From assembly GCA_041946805.1 (NCBI GenBank), contig JBHGBC010000079.1, positions 1 through 27,337 of the forward strand: a stretch of 27,337 nucleotides of DNA. The letters are read 5' to 3'. The DNA is from a bacterium (lineage in GTDB: Bacteria > Hinthialibacterota > Hinthialibacteria > Hinthialibacterales > Hinthialibacteraceae). Under the pieces are notes generated by a model. It saw only the letters and a list, made by a program, of their open reading frames with translations. It searched no databases and had not been told where the DNA came from. Each line of letters opens with the position of its first letter. Position 1 is the first letter of the stretch. A program made the position numbers and the translations under genes. Shown piece after piece: positions 1-7,952 of this stretch.

Positions 1-6
1 TATGGT

Positions 7-29
7 TGCAGGCAGGATGCCTGCACCAC
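7..29 (-). repeat. REP-like hairpin (GTGG + 8-bp stem)
   Basis: Minus strand reads GTGG-TGCAGGCA-TCC-TGCCTGCA: a GTRG tetranucleotide followed by a perfect 8-bp stem (7-14/18-25), the general REP architecture. Confidence 0.6.
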
Positions 30-76
30 AATATATAGAACATATCCGTTGCATTTTCAATTTTTGCCGGATCGTC

Positions 77-214
77 TTAAACTAGCCCAGGGCTTCAGCC
101 CTGGGAAAATTGCGAAAGGCAATAAATCCCCTCTCCCTCCAGAAGAGGGCCACCCTCACCCTGGCCCTCTCCCTCTGGGAGAGGGCCAGGGTGAGGGTGG
201 CCCTGAAAGGACGG
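77..214 (+). repeat. Composite repeat: hairpin A + BoxC/PIT-like element (fold-back form) + D tail
   Basis: TTAAACTAGCCCAGGGCTTCAGCCCTGGGA (77-106) is identical to 10100-10129 and 10245-10274; followed by a degenerate PIT half (129-149), a perfect inverted repeat 146-204 and GCCCTGAAAGGACGG (200-214). Confidence 0.85.
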
Positions 215-331
215 AATACATCCTTTTTCTGCAACCGGGTAAACAGACGCCTATCCAGAAGACCATGCCCCCAAAGAAACATCTTCGCCGATTTCCTCTT
301 TTACACTACAATAAGAGGTTGCGGTCAAGAC

Positions 332-1324
332 ATGAAAAAATCAGAGCACTCACCCAAGGCGGATTTCCCTTCCATGACCAAAGATCCTTCCACTACCCAT
401 GATCCATTTACGAAGCGGATCATGAAATCCCGCCGCAATCCGTTTCGGCCGGGACGCCCGCGCCGGTTCCGGGTCCGGCCGTTCCGGACCCAGCGGAAAA
501 ACATCAACCTGATCCACCTGCTGCCCAACGTGCTCACCAGCTTCAATGTGGCCTGCGGGGTCAGCGCCATCATCTTCGCCACCGAGGGCCGTTACGAAAT
601 CGCCGCGCAGTTGATCCTGCTGGCCGGTTTCTTCGACCTGATCGACGGCAAAGTTGCGCGGCTGGTGGGTTCCTCTTCCCAATTCGGCACGCAGCTCGAT
701 TCTCTAGCGGACGTCATTTCCTTCGGGGCCGCCCCGCCGGTGCTCTATCACGCCATGCTCTATCCCGGCGAACCCAACCGGCTCAGCGTCTCTCTCGTCT
801 TGATTTATACGCTGTGTACGGCCTTGCGCCTGGCCCGCTACAACGTGCAGGCATCCGGCGGGCAAAAGCGCACGCACTTCACCGGCCTGCCCTGCCCCGC
901 CCCGGCGGGTTTTCTGGCGGCGTTGGTGTTGGTCAGCTACGAATATAACTTTCTGCTGGTTCCCCCCATCAACACGGTGGTCAAGATCGGCGTCCACATC
1001 CTGCTGGTCAGCCTGGCGGGGATGATGGTCAGCACCATCACCTTCCCCGACTTTTCCTCCATTCACGTGGAAAAAAAGAACGTTTACCAGTACAACGTGA
1101 TCATCGTGCTGATCCTGTGCGTCGCGGTCCTCCGGTTCAAGGAAGTGTTCACCATCCTGGTCGGGACCTACATCATGGCGGGACCGATCATCACGCTCCG
1201 CGAACATGGACGGCAGCGCGCCGAACATCCCATCGCCGCGGAACTCCCCAAGGGCCCGGATCTCCCCAAGAGCGCCGAAGCCCCCGCGAAAATCCCGGAC
1301 TCCACGCCGTTCCAGCCTACTTGA
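332..1324 (+). CDS. pssA: CDP-diacylglycerol--serine O-phosphatidyltransferase (phosphatidylserine synthase)
   Basis: CDP-alcohol phosphotransferase motif DLIDGKVARLVGSSSQFGTQLDSLAD, plus LPNVLT, ALRLARYN and FTGLPCPAPA; several TM segments. Start uncertain (ATG 332, 374 or 422); the ORF extension back to 110 runs through repeat DNA. Confidence 0.92.
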   Translation: MKKSEHSPKADFPSMTKDPSTTHDPFTKRIMKSRRNPFRPGRPRRFRVRPFRTQRKNINLIHLLPNVLTSFNVACGVSAIIFATEGRYEIAAQLILLAGFFDLIDGKVARLVGSSSQFGTQLDSLADVISFGAAPPVLYHAMLYPGEPNRLSVSLVLIYTLCTALRLARYNVQASGGQKRTHFTGLPCPAPAGFLAALVLVSYEYNFLLVPPINTVVKIGVHILLVSLAGMMVSTITFPDFSSIHVEKKNVYQYNVIIVLILCVAVLRFKEVFTILVGTYIMAGPIITLREHGRQRAEHPIAAELPKGPDLPKSAEAPAKIPDSTPFQPT

Positions 1325-2105
1325 CGGGAAACACCAAGGCCCAGTGTTTAGTGAACAGGCTCCGGGCCTCGGCTTGTACGGTGAGATGGCAGGCCAACGC
1401 CACCGCGCCCGCCAGCATGTACACCACAATGATCTGATACCGCACCGCCTGCTCGGGCACGATTCCCCCGATGATCTGCCCGGACATGATCCCCGGCAGC
1501 TGCACGATGCCCATCAGCATCATGCTGTTGAGGCTGGGAATCAATGCGTTCCGCATGGTGGCCGCGATGTAGGGCTCCATCGCCTGGCCCGGCGTGGCCC
1601 CCAGCGCCAGCGCCGTTTCGATTTCTCCCCGGTGGCTTTTGACTTCCCCCCAAAGCCGGTGCACGGAAAGGGCCGCCGCGTTGGCGCTGTTGCCGATGAC
1701 CATGCCCATCAGTGGGATGAGCAAATGGGGCGTGAGGAAGGGATTCACCCGCAGCACCACGCCGTAGAGGTACGCGCCGATCACCAGGACAGACACATGC
1801 AGGGCGAAGCCGATGGCCAGATAAGTGCGCGCCGTCACCTCTTCCTGCCTCCGGGCGGAGGTCCAGGCCCCCATGATGATTTGAAATTCGGCGGTCAGCG
1901 CCAAAAACACCGGATTCCGCGAATCGAACAGCCAGACTAAAAAATAGCCCACCAGCCAGAGCTGGATGAATGACCGCACCGCCCCGGACAGATATTGGCG
2001 TTCCAATCCGCTCCGGTTCAGATAGGCCAGACCGGCTCCCAGGGCGATCATCGCCAGCCCCGCCACGACTTGCGGAAACGATACCGCGATGAAATCAGAC
2101 TCCAT
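1317..2105 (-). CDS. fetB: ABC transporter permease, UPF0014 / FetB (YbbM)-like
   Basis: GAVRSFIQLWLVGYFL, LIPLMGMVIGNSANA, IETALALGAT and GIVQLPGIMSGQIIGG..PEQAVRYQI match the UPF0014 pattern; 11-bp overlap with the upstream ATPase gene. Confidence 0.85.
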   Translation of the reverse strand: MESDFIAVSFPQVVAGLAMIALGAGLAYLNRSGLERQYLSGAVRSFIQLWLVGYFLVWLFDSRNPVFLALTAEFQIIMGAWTSARRQEEVTARTYLAIGFALHVSVLVIGAYLYGVVLRVNPFLTPHLLIPLMGMVIGNSANAAALSVHRLWGEVKSHRGEIETALALGATPGQAMEPYIAATMRNALIPSLNSMMLMGIVQLPGIMSGQIIGGIVPEQAVRYQIIVVYMLAGAVALACHLTVQAEARSLFTKHWALVFPVK

Positions 2106-2847
2106 CCGGTTGTCCCTCCAGGTACATCCGCCAGGCGGCGGTGTCCACGTGCCGGTCCATCTCCTCCACCCGGCCGTCCAATGTCAGGCGGCCGTCCTGC
2201 AGCAGCAGAAACCGGCCCCCCAGCGCCTGGGCGAAATCCAGCTGATGAGTCACGCACAGCACCGTGTATCCCTTTTCCCGGTTCAATTGCTGGATCAATC
2301 CCAGCAGATGGGCGGCCGCCTTGGGATCCAGGGCCGAGGCCGGTTCATCCAGCAACAGGATTTCCGGGTGGTTGGCCAGGGTCCGGGCCAGCGAAACCCG
2401 CATCTGCTGGCCCACGGACAGTTCGGTGGATGACCGGCTCAGCAGGCCGGACGGCAATCCCACCTGGTCCAGCAGGTCCCGGACGAAAGTGGTTTCATCC
2501 TCCGGCATCCGTTGGTGGATTCGCGGCGCGTACAGCAGATTGTCTTTCACGGTCCCCGGAAAGAGATATGGCAATTGAAACACCATCCCCACCCGGCGGC
2601 GCAACTCGCGGATGTCCCATTCGTGAACCGCCTGGCCGTGGAACAAAATCCGTCCGCTCGCGATCTCGTCCAATCCCACGGCGAGCCGCAAAACGGTCGA
2701 TTTTCCCGATCCGGATGGCCCCAGCAGCGTGACGATCCCGCCCGGTTCCAGGGAAAACGAGAGATCCCGGATGATCTCCTTCCGGCCGGCGCCGTTCCCT
2801 TTCCAACAGTGCACGTTTTCAAAAGTCAGAAGTGTATTCTTTTCCAT
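2095..2847 (-). CDS. ABC transporter ATP-binding protein, FetA (YbbL)-like
   Basis: Walker A GPSGSGKST, Q-loop VFQ, signature LSVGQ, Walker B LLLDEP, H-loop VTH. Probable start MEKN at 2847. Confidence 0.88.
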   Translation of the reverse strand: MEKNTLLTFENVHCWKGNGAGRKEIIRDLSFSLEPGGIVTLLGPSGSGKSTVLRLAVGLDEIASGRILFHGQAVHEWDIRELRRRVGMVFQLPYLFPGTVKDNLLYAPRIHQRMPEDETTFVRDLLDQVGLPSGLLSRSSTELSVGQQMRVSLARTLANHPEILLLDEPASALDPKAAAHLLGLIQQLNREKGYTVLCVTHQLDFAQALGGRFLLLQDGRLTLDGRVEEMDRHVDTAAWRMYLEGQPDGV

Positions 2848-3044
2848 GGTCAACACCCTGATACAATCAACGCAATCGATCATCCTATCCGCATGGGCAG
2901 GGGGGCGGAAGTAAGTTACTCCCGGATATCTCCTTTGGGCGCGTGTATCCCTTACATGAGGCCCGGGAATCGCCACAATGAAAGAGAAGCGGTCCAGCAT
3001 CATTCATTTCGAAACCGGGCAGCACAACCACAGGAGATGACGGT

Positions 3045-4184
3045 ATGACGTTTTGGAAAAAGAAGGTCCGAGATCACACCTCCTCTCCACGGGAGATCCA
3101 CACTTCCCCCCCATCCCCCGCGCGGCCACGCCACGTGCTGGTTTGGATCGACGCCTCCTACGCCGATCACCCGGCCCGGATTATCCGCGGATTGGCCCTG
3201 GCGGAAGCCTTCAAACAGGCCTCCATTCTTCAAGTTACGTTGGCCTGCCTGCCAACCCGCCATCTTCCCGCCGAAACGGAAAAACGGAACCTCCACTGGC
3301 TGAATACCCGCCCCGGGGGCGCGCCGTTACTCTTTCATGAAATCCTGAAAACCACGCAGGCCGATTTGGTCATCGCGGATTGCCTAACCCCTCCCCGGTT
3401 CCAACCCGCCCCCCCGCTGGTCTTGTTTGCACTGGTCTCCGACCTGTTTTCGGACTCCCTGCTCGCCTCCCCCATGGTGGATTCCCTCCTCATCCCCGGC
3501 CTGGCCTGCCCTCCGGATTTTTCCTCCCTGAGCCTGCTTCCCAGCCGCCTGGCGGATTGTTTTCATGGCCCGCGGTACATCCCCTTGCTCGCAATTCCGG
3601 ATGAAGCAGGCAATACAAATCCCGCACCGGCCTCCACGGAAGACAAGACGGTCTTGATCGCCATTTCGGGAAACGAAAATCCGGAAATCCTCCACGGCCT
3701 GTTGGAGCGAATCCGTGAATCCTGGAAAGGGCGGATTCAAATCCTGGCCGATATCCCGCCTTCCGCCGGAGAACGGTTGAAAGAAGCCCTGGGCGGGGAA
3801 AACACGGTCCTGCATGATCCACCCTTGCCGGACCGCTGGAAGGCCATCGGAGCGGCCCAAACGATCGTGGCGTTCCCGGGTCTTCAGGTTTACGAATTCT
3901 TGGGTTGCGGCAAGCCTGTGATCCTGTTGCCCCGTTCCGATCCGGAAGAACGCATCGGCCGGCTGCTGGAAGCCCGCGGGGCCGTCCGGGTGATCCCGGT
4001 TGGGGCCTCGATCAACATGGAAAAACTGAAGGAATCCTTTAATGAATTAAACCAGAATGAAACACTCCGGAGCTTTTTGCAACAAAAAGCGAAGGAAATC
4101 GTGGAGGATGGTGGAGCGCGCAATGCCGTGGACCTGTGGCTGCGCCGCTACCGGCGCCGGGTGGAGAATGGGAAAAATACATGA
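3045..4184 (+). CDS. PseG/SpsG-like GT-B fold protein (degenerate nucleotide-sugar hydrolase/glycosyltransferase family)
   Basis: N-terminal VWIDAS...RIIRGLALAEAF and C-terminal IVAFPGLQVYEFLGCGKPVILLP...LEARGA...DGGARN resemble PseG/SpsG; RBS AGGAG upstream. Confidence 0.6.
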   Translation: MTFWKKKVRDHTSSPREIHTSPPSPARPRHVLVWIDASYADHPARIIRGLALAEAFKQASILQVTLACLPTRHLPAETEKRNLHWLNTRPGGAPLLFHEILKTTQADLVIADCLTPPRFQPAPPLVLFALVSDLFSDSLLASPMVDSLLIPGLACPPDFSSLSLLPSRLADCFHGPRYIPLLAIPDEAGNTNPAPASTEDKTVLIAISGNENPEILHGLLERIRESWKGRIQILADIPPSAGERLKEALGGENTVLHDPPLPDRWKAIGAAQTIVAFPGLQVYEFLGCGKPVILLPRSDPEERIGRLLEARGAVRVIPVGASINMEKLKESFNELNQNETLRSFLQQKAKEIVEDGGARNAVDLWLRRYRRRVENGKNT

Positions 4185-4187
4185 AAA

Positions 4188-5252
4188 TTATGCAGGAATG
4201 GATTCATTAACTATTTCCTCAAATATCCAAAGGCGGCCGATGAATTTGTCGTCGCCATCCTGGATGGGAACCGTCCGGCATTGGATCTCCCGGACCGGTT
4301 CGCATTTCGTACGCATGGGGAGAATCTGGGTCTCGCTGGGGTGATCGTCCAGGGCGGACAACCGCTTGTGCCATTCGGTATCCGATTCGCGCCGGTATTG
4401 GCTGAGAAACGCGTACCAATCGATCTTGCGCTGATCCTCCAGCTTGACTTTCAACTGGGGAAACATCTTATAGAACTTGGCGTTGGCCTTGGTGACCACG
4501 CCGGAGCGATCGGTGATCACCACACCATACGGCATTTGTTCGAGTACGGCGGTAAAGCGGCGGTTTTGCGATTCCAGTTCCGAGGTCCGGTCACCCAACG
4601 ACAGCAACGCTTCCTGCAATTCCGCCGTCCGTTCTTGCAATTCGGCGTTCGACAACTCCAGCTGATGCTTCAAGTCCAATAATTCCTTGTTCTTGCGCTC
4701 CAACTCCTCATTTTTTTCCTCGTACAGGGAAAGGGTTTGGACCAGGTTGGTGTTTTGGGTCCGGAGTTCCTCGGTCAAGGTGGGATTTTCCCGGGAGGAA
4801 AATTTTTCCTGAAAGAAGCTGACGATATTGCCCGCCAGCGTTTTGGCCGATTTGCTTTTTTTCTTGGTCAAGCGGATGGTGGTTCCCGAGCGCGGCTCCG
4901 ATTCAATCTCGATTGTATCCATCAAGCGCTTCATGGCGGGCAGTCCCCGGTTGGCGGTCGACTTCGCCGCGCTGCCTTCCAGAAACTCCGCGATCTCCTG
5001 CTCGGACATGCCCGGCCCGTTATCTTTCCCCATCACCTCCAAGACCAGTGTGTCTCCCTCCGTGAGGAGGGAAAAGGAGACGGTTCCGCCCTTCCCATGT
5101 TCGAGGATGTTCTTCCCCAATTCAAACACGGATGTGGTGACTTGCAGCTGCTGGGTAACGCCGAATCCGAGTTCTTCGCAAACGACCCGGGCGCGGTCCC
5201 GTACGGCCAGGATGTCTTTATCCTCGTGGATGACTTGGGAGTAGATTTCCAT
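4188..5252 (-). CDS. RsbT-like anti-sigma/Ser kinase (HATPase_c) fused to a coiled coil and a C-terminal PAS domain
   Basis: DILAVRDRAR..LGF....QVTTSVFELGKNI (N box), DNGPGM (G1), GLPAMKRLMD..IESEPRSGT; heptad-rich EELRTQN...ELESQN; PAS-like VLEQMPYGVVITDRSGVVTKAN...VPIQDGDDKFIGRLWIF. Confidence 0.8.
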   Translation of the reverse strand: MEIYSQVIHEDKDILAVRDRARVVCEELGFGVTQQLQVTTSVFELGKNILEHGKGGTVSFSLLTEGDTLVLEVMGKDNGPGMSEQEIAEFLEGSAAKSTANRGLPAMKRLMDTIEIESEPRSGTTIRLTKKKSKSAKTLAGNIVSFFQEKFSSRENPTLTEELRTQNTNLVQTLSLYEEKNEELERKNKELLDLKHQLELSNAELQERTAELQEALLSLGDRTSELESQNRRFTAVLEQMPYGVVITDRSGVVTKANAKFYKMFPQLKVKLEDQRKIDWYAFLSQYRRESDTEWHKRLSALDDHPSETQILPMRTKCEPVREIQCRTVPIQDGDDKFIGRLWIFEEIVNESIPA

Positions 5253-5294
5253 AAGCGTTGTAATCCCAGGAGCGGCCGGTCTTCCTGGACCCCG

Positions 5295-5960
5295 TCAGGG
5301 AGAAACGTTTTCGATGGCGCTGGAGGAAGGAAGGGATCCAGCCGCGGCCGGAACGGGCAGTTCCGGCGTCACTTCCCGGATGTAATTGTCGTATCGGTTG
5401 TCTTCGAATATTTCCTCGTCCGGCAGGACGGCTTCCTCCCCGGACGGTTGATCTCCGGAGTTGGATTCTTCTCCCACAACGAAATAGCCAGTACCCGGGC
5501 CCTCTTCCTCCTTGGGTTTTTCGCCCACGTAAAAGACCGCCTGACCGGCCGGCTCGCCGTTCACATACGCGTTGGCTTTCCACTTTCCCTCTCCGCCCAG
5601 TTCCATCAGTTTGGTGAGGGAGTAATAAATCCCCATCGTCTGGCTTTGGGGATACGATCGCTTCTCCGTCAGCACCACATTATTCATTGGGTTCACCAAT
5701 TCCACCTGGGCGATCTGATCGGTATCGTCCTCCGTCAACTGGGTGACGACCACTACCCGCGAGTCCTGGCCCGGCAGAAAAACATCCGTCACGCCCACCC
5801 ACCGGCCATCCGGGGTCAATCCCTTGCAGGTGAACACATCGTGGTGCATCTCGGTTGCGGAATTCAAGGATATGGTTTCCGTCGACGAACAATGGCTGAA
5901 CACCCCCAACAGAAACAAAGCCAGGCCGCCGCACTTCGGATTCCAACATTTTGAAGACAT
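5295..5960 (-). CDS. Putative lipoprotein with a beta-rich (Ig-like) domain and acidic C-terminal tail
   Basis: Hydrophobic LALFLLGVFSH-C signal (atypical lipobox); GKWKANAYVNG..GQAVFYV strand pattern; Glu/Asp-rich tail; ends 42 nt before the RsbT-like gene on the same strand. Confidence 0.65.
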   Translation of the reverse strand: MSSKCWNPKCGGLALFLLGVFSHCSSTETISLNSATEMHHDVFTCKGLTPDGRWVGVTDVFLPGQDSRVVVVTQLTEDDTDQIAQVELVNPMNNVVLTEKRSYPQSQTMGIYYSLTKLMELGGEGKWKANAYVNGEPAGQAVFYVGEKPKEEEGPGTGYFVVGEESNSGDQPSGEEAVLPDEEIFEDNRYDNYIREVTPELPVPAAAGSLPSSSAIENVSP

Positions 5961-6039
5961 GGGTGATCTATCCTTTCGAACCGTTTGGTATTCTATCCAC
6001 CGGTGAAGCCGCTGGTCAAGCGATGTCCTTCTCTCTGGA

Positions 6040-6055
6040 AGGCATGAAAATTGCT
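6040..6055 (+). promoter_or_regulatory. Candidate sigma54 (-24/-12) promoter
   Basis: AGGCATGAAAATTGCT: GG(6041-42)-N10-GC(6053-54), close to the TGGCACG-N4-TTGCW consensus and oriented toward fliL. Confidence 0.55.
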
Positions 6056-6232
6056 TGTAGAAGCAGTGAAATATCCCGGCTTTCCATGACCAACGGATCA
6101 GACGGCTCTTCCGTTAGGTTTGGGGAATGATTTTCCAATCCGGAAACGGGCCGGCGGCGGGGATTCGTTTTCGTATCGCAGTGTTTACCCGGGTGATTTC
6201 CGCTCCCAGGCGGAAACGCCGGTAAAATTGGC

Positions 6233-6262
6233 TTGACAAGGGATTTTGACAGCCGGTATAAT
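6233..6262 (+). promoter_or_regulatory. Sigma70-type promoter of the fliL operon
   Basis: Exact TTGACA (6233-38)-N18-TATAAT (6257-62), about 60 nt upstream of fliL; RBS TAAGGAG at 6307-6313. Confidence 0.75.
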
Positions 6263-6321
6263 AAACTGCTAATAATCTTGGATTATTGCAGTTGCGCAAC
6301 GCCGTTTAAGGAGTCATATCA

Positions 6322-6840
6322 ATGAGCAATGGTGTGGAATCCTCCGGGGCTCCGGAAGAAGGCAAGTCACGCGGTAAACTTCCGTTTATCATCGCCGGAT
6401 TCGTGGTTCTCATCGGCGTCATCGGGGGTGTCTCGATGATGATCCTGGGAAAAGGCGGTGAAGCGAATGAGACCGTCTCCGTCACGCACGTAAAGGAAGT
6501 GGGTTACCAATACGAATTCACGGAACCGTTCACGGGTAACTTGTCCGCGCCCGACGATCAATACATTTACAGCGCCAACGTAACCCTGGAAATCCTGCCC
6601 CGCAAGGAATTCACTGAAGCGGAAGCCATGGAGGAAATGGGCATCGAAACGGAAAATCCACGCAACAAGATGCCCCGGATCAAACAAATCATCTCCGACG
6701 AACTGCACAGCAAAACCCGGGCGGAACTCAACAGCACCGCCGGACAGATGAAAATGCGCAACGCGATCAAAAACACGTTGAACGCCATTCTGGATAAAGC
6801 GGAAATAGTCGAAGTTTATATGCGGATCATTGTCACCTGA
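6322..6840 (+). CDS. fliL: Flagellar basal body-associated protein FliL
   Basis: Single N-terminal TM, FTGNL motif, PRIKQIISDELHSKT..EL....G...MRNAIK..LN..L....IVEVY; lies directly upstream of fliM. Confidence 0.85.
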   Translation: MSNGVESSGAPEEGKSRGKLPFIIAGFVVLIGVIGGVSMMILGKGGEANETVSVTHVKEVGYQYEFTEPFTGNLSAPDDQYIYSANVTLEILPRKEFTEAEAMEEMGIETENPRNKMPRIKQIISDELHSKTRAELNSTAGQMKMRNAIKNTLNAILDKAEIVEVYMRIIVT

Positions 6841-6933
6841 GGAAGATACGGGATTCCCTCCTCTCGATAGCGCCGGGAATCCAGAGCCAATCAAACCGCA
6901 CCATTTCACGCGGAAAGCGCCTAGAAAGCAGCC

Positions 6934-7929
6934 ATGGCGGATATTCTCTCCCAAAATGAAATCGATGCTCTTTTGTCCGCCTTCGCCACCGGGGAAGGAT
7001 CGATGGAGACGGCCGCCGAGGAAGAAGAGCGGGTCCGGGAAGTCAAGGTTTACGACTTCAACCACCCCGACCGCTTCTCCAAGGACCAGATCCGGACCAT
7101 GCACAACTTGCATGATCACTTCGCCCGGATCTTCTCCATCTCTCTTTCGGCTTTTTTGCGGACCATCGTGGAAGTGAAACTGGTTTCCGTGGACCAGATC
7201 TCCTATGAGGAATTCATCCGCTCCATCCCCAACCCCACGTCACTCAACATCATCAACATGGATCCCCTGGAAGGCAAGGCGCTGATCGAACTGTCGCCCA
7301 CGCTCTCCTTCCCCGTGGTGGACCGCCTGATGGGCGGCGCGGGCAATGTCTTCAAAAAAAACCGGGAACTGACCGAAATCGAACAGACCATCATCGAGAA
7401 GGTGCTGTACCGCGCCTTCGATTGCCTCCATGAAGCGTGGGCCAACGTGCTGCCGTTAAACCTCTCGCTTGAACAGTCCGAAACCAATCCCCAACTGCTC
7501 ATGCAGCTCTACCTCCCCTCCGAAATGGTGATCCTCATGACCTTCGAGGTCACCATGGGAGAAATCTCGGGGACCTTGTCCTTCTGCATCCCGTATCCCA
7601 CGCTGGAGCCGATCGCCAACCAGCTGTCCAGCACCTCCTGGTACGCGGCGTCCAAGAAGGACCTGTCGGAAGAGCACGCCGAAGTGTTGTACGACCGCCT
7701 GCGCCGGGTTTCCATCCCCATCATCGCCTACGTGGGCGCCACCAAAATCTCGCTCCAGGACCTGTTGGAACTCAGCGAGGGGGATGTCATTCAACTCAAC
7801 AAGCGGACCGGCGACGACTTCGTCGTGCGGATTGGAGATGAATACCGGTATATGGCCAAACCGGGAATCAAACAAAATCACAACGCGATTCAAATCACCA
7901 AAATCATCAGCGGGCCGGATGACATTTAG
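6934..7929 (+). CDS. fliM: Flagellar motor switch protein FliM
   Basis: LSQNEIDALL CheY-binding peptide, YDFNHPDRFSKDQIR, LMGGAG, RELTEIE and a C-terminal SpoA domain. Confidence 0.97.
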   Translation: MADILSQNEIDALLSAFATGEGSMETAAEEEERVREVKVYDFNHPDRFSKDQIRTMHNLHDHFARIFSISLSAFLRTIVEVKLVSVDQISYEEFIRSIPNPTSLNIINMDPLEGKALIELSPTLSFPVVDRLMGGAGNVFKKNRELTEIEQTIIEKVLYRAFDCLHEAWANVLPLNLSLEQSETNPQLLMQLYLPSEMVILMTFEVTMGEISGTLSFCIPYPTLEPIANQLSSTSWYAASKKDLSEEHAEVLYDRLRRVSIPIIAYVGATKISLQDLLELSEGDVIQLNKRTGDDFVVRIGDEYRYMAKPGIKQNHNAIQITKIISGPDDI

Positions 7930-7952
7930 CCCCCTGAAGCAGCCAGGTTGCC

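Noticed and set aside
49..402. Short ORFs with PLPLGEGQGEG / LSLWERA / LTLALSQRER peptides (also 82-282, 9003-9239, 10105-10374, 12228-12434, 23142-23417)
   Set aside because: These recurring peptides are translations of the PIT repeat in different frames, not a protein family.
2848..3003. N-terminal extension of the FetA-like ATPase
   Set aside because: The ABC domain starts right after M53 (2847); the upstream part is more plausibly the divergent promoter region.
5961..6321. c-di-GMP or other riboswitch upstream of the flagellar operon
   Set aside because: The conserved GEMM-type elements could not be identified by eye; an Infernal/Rfam scan would be needed to exclude it fully.
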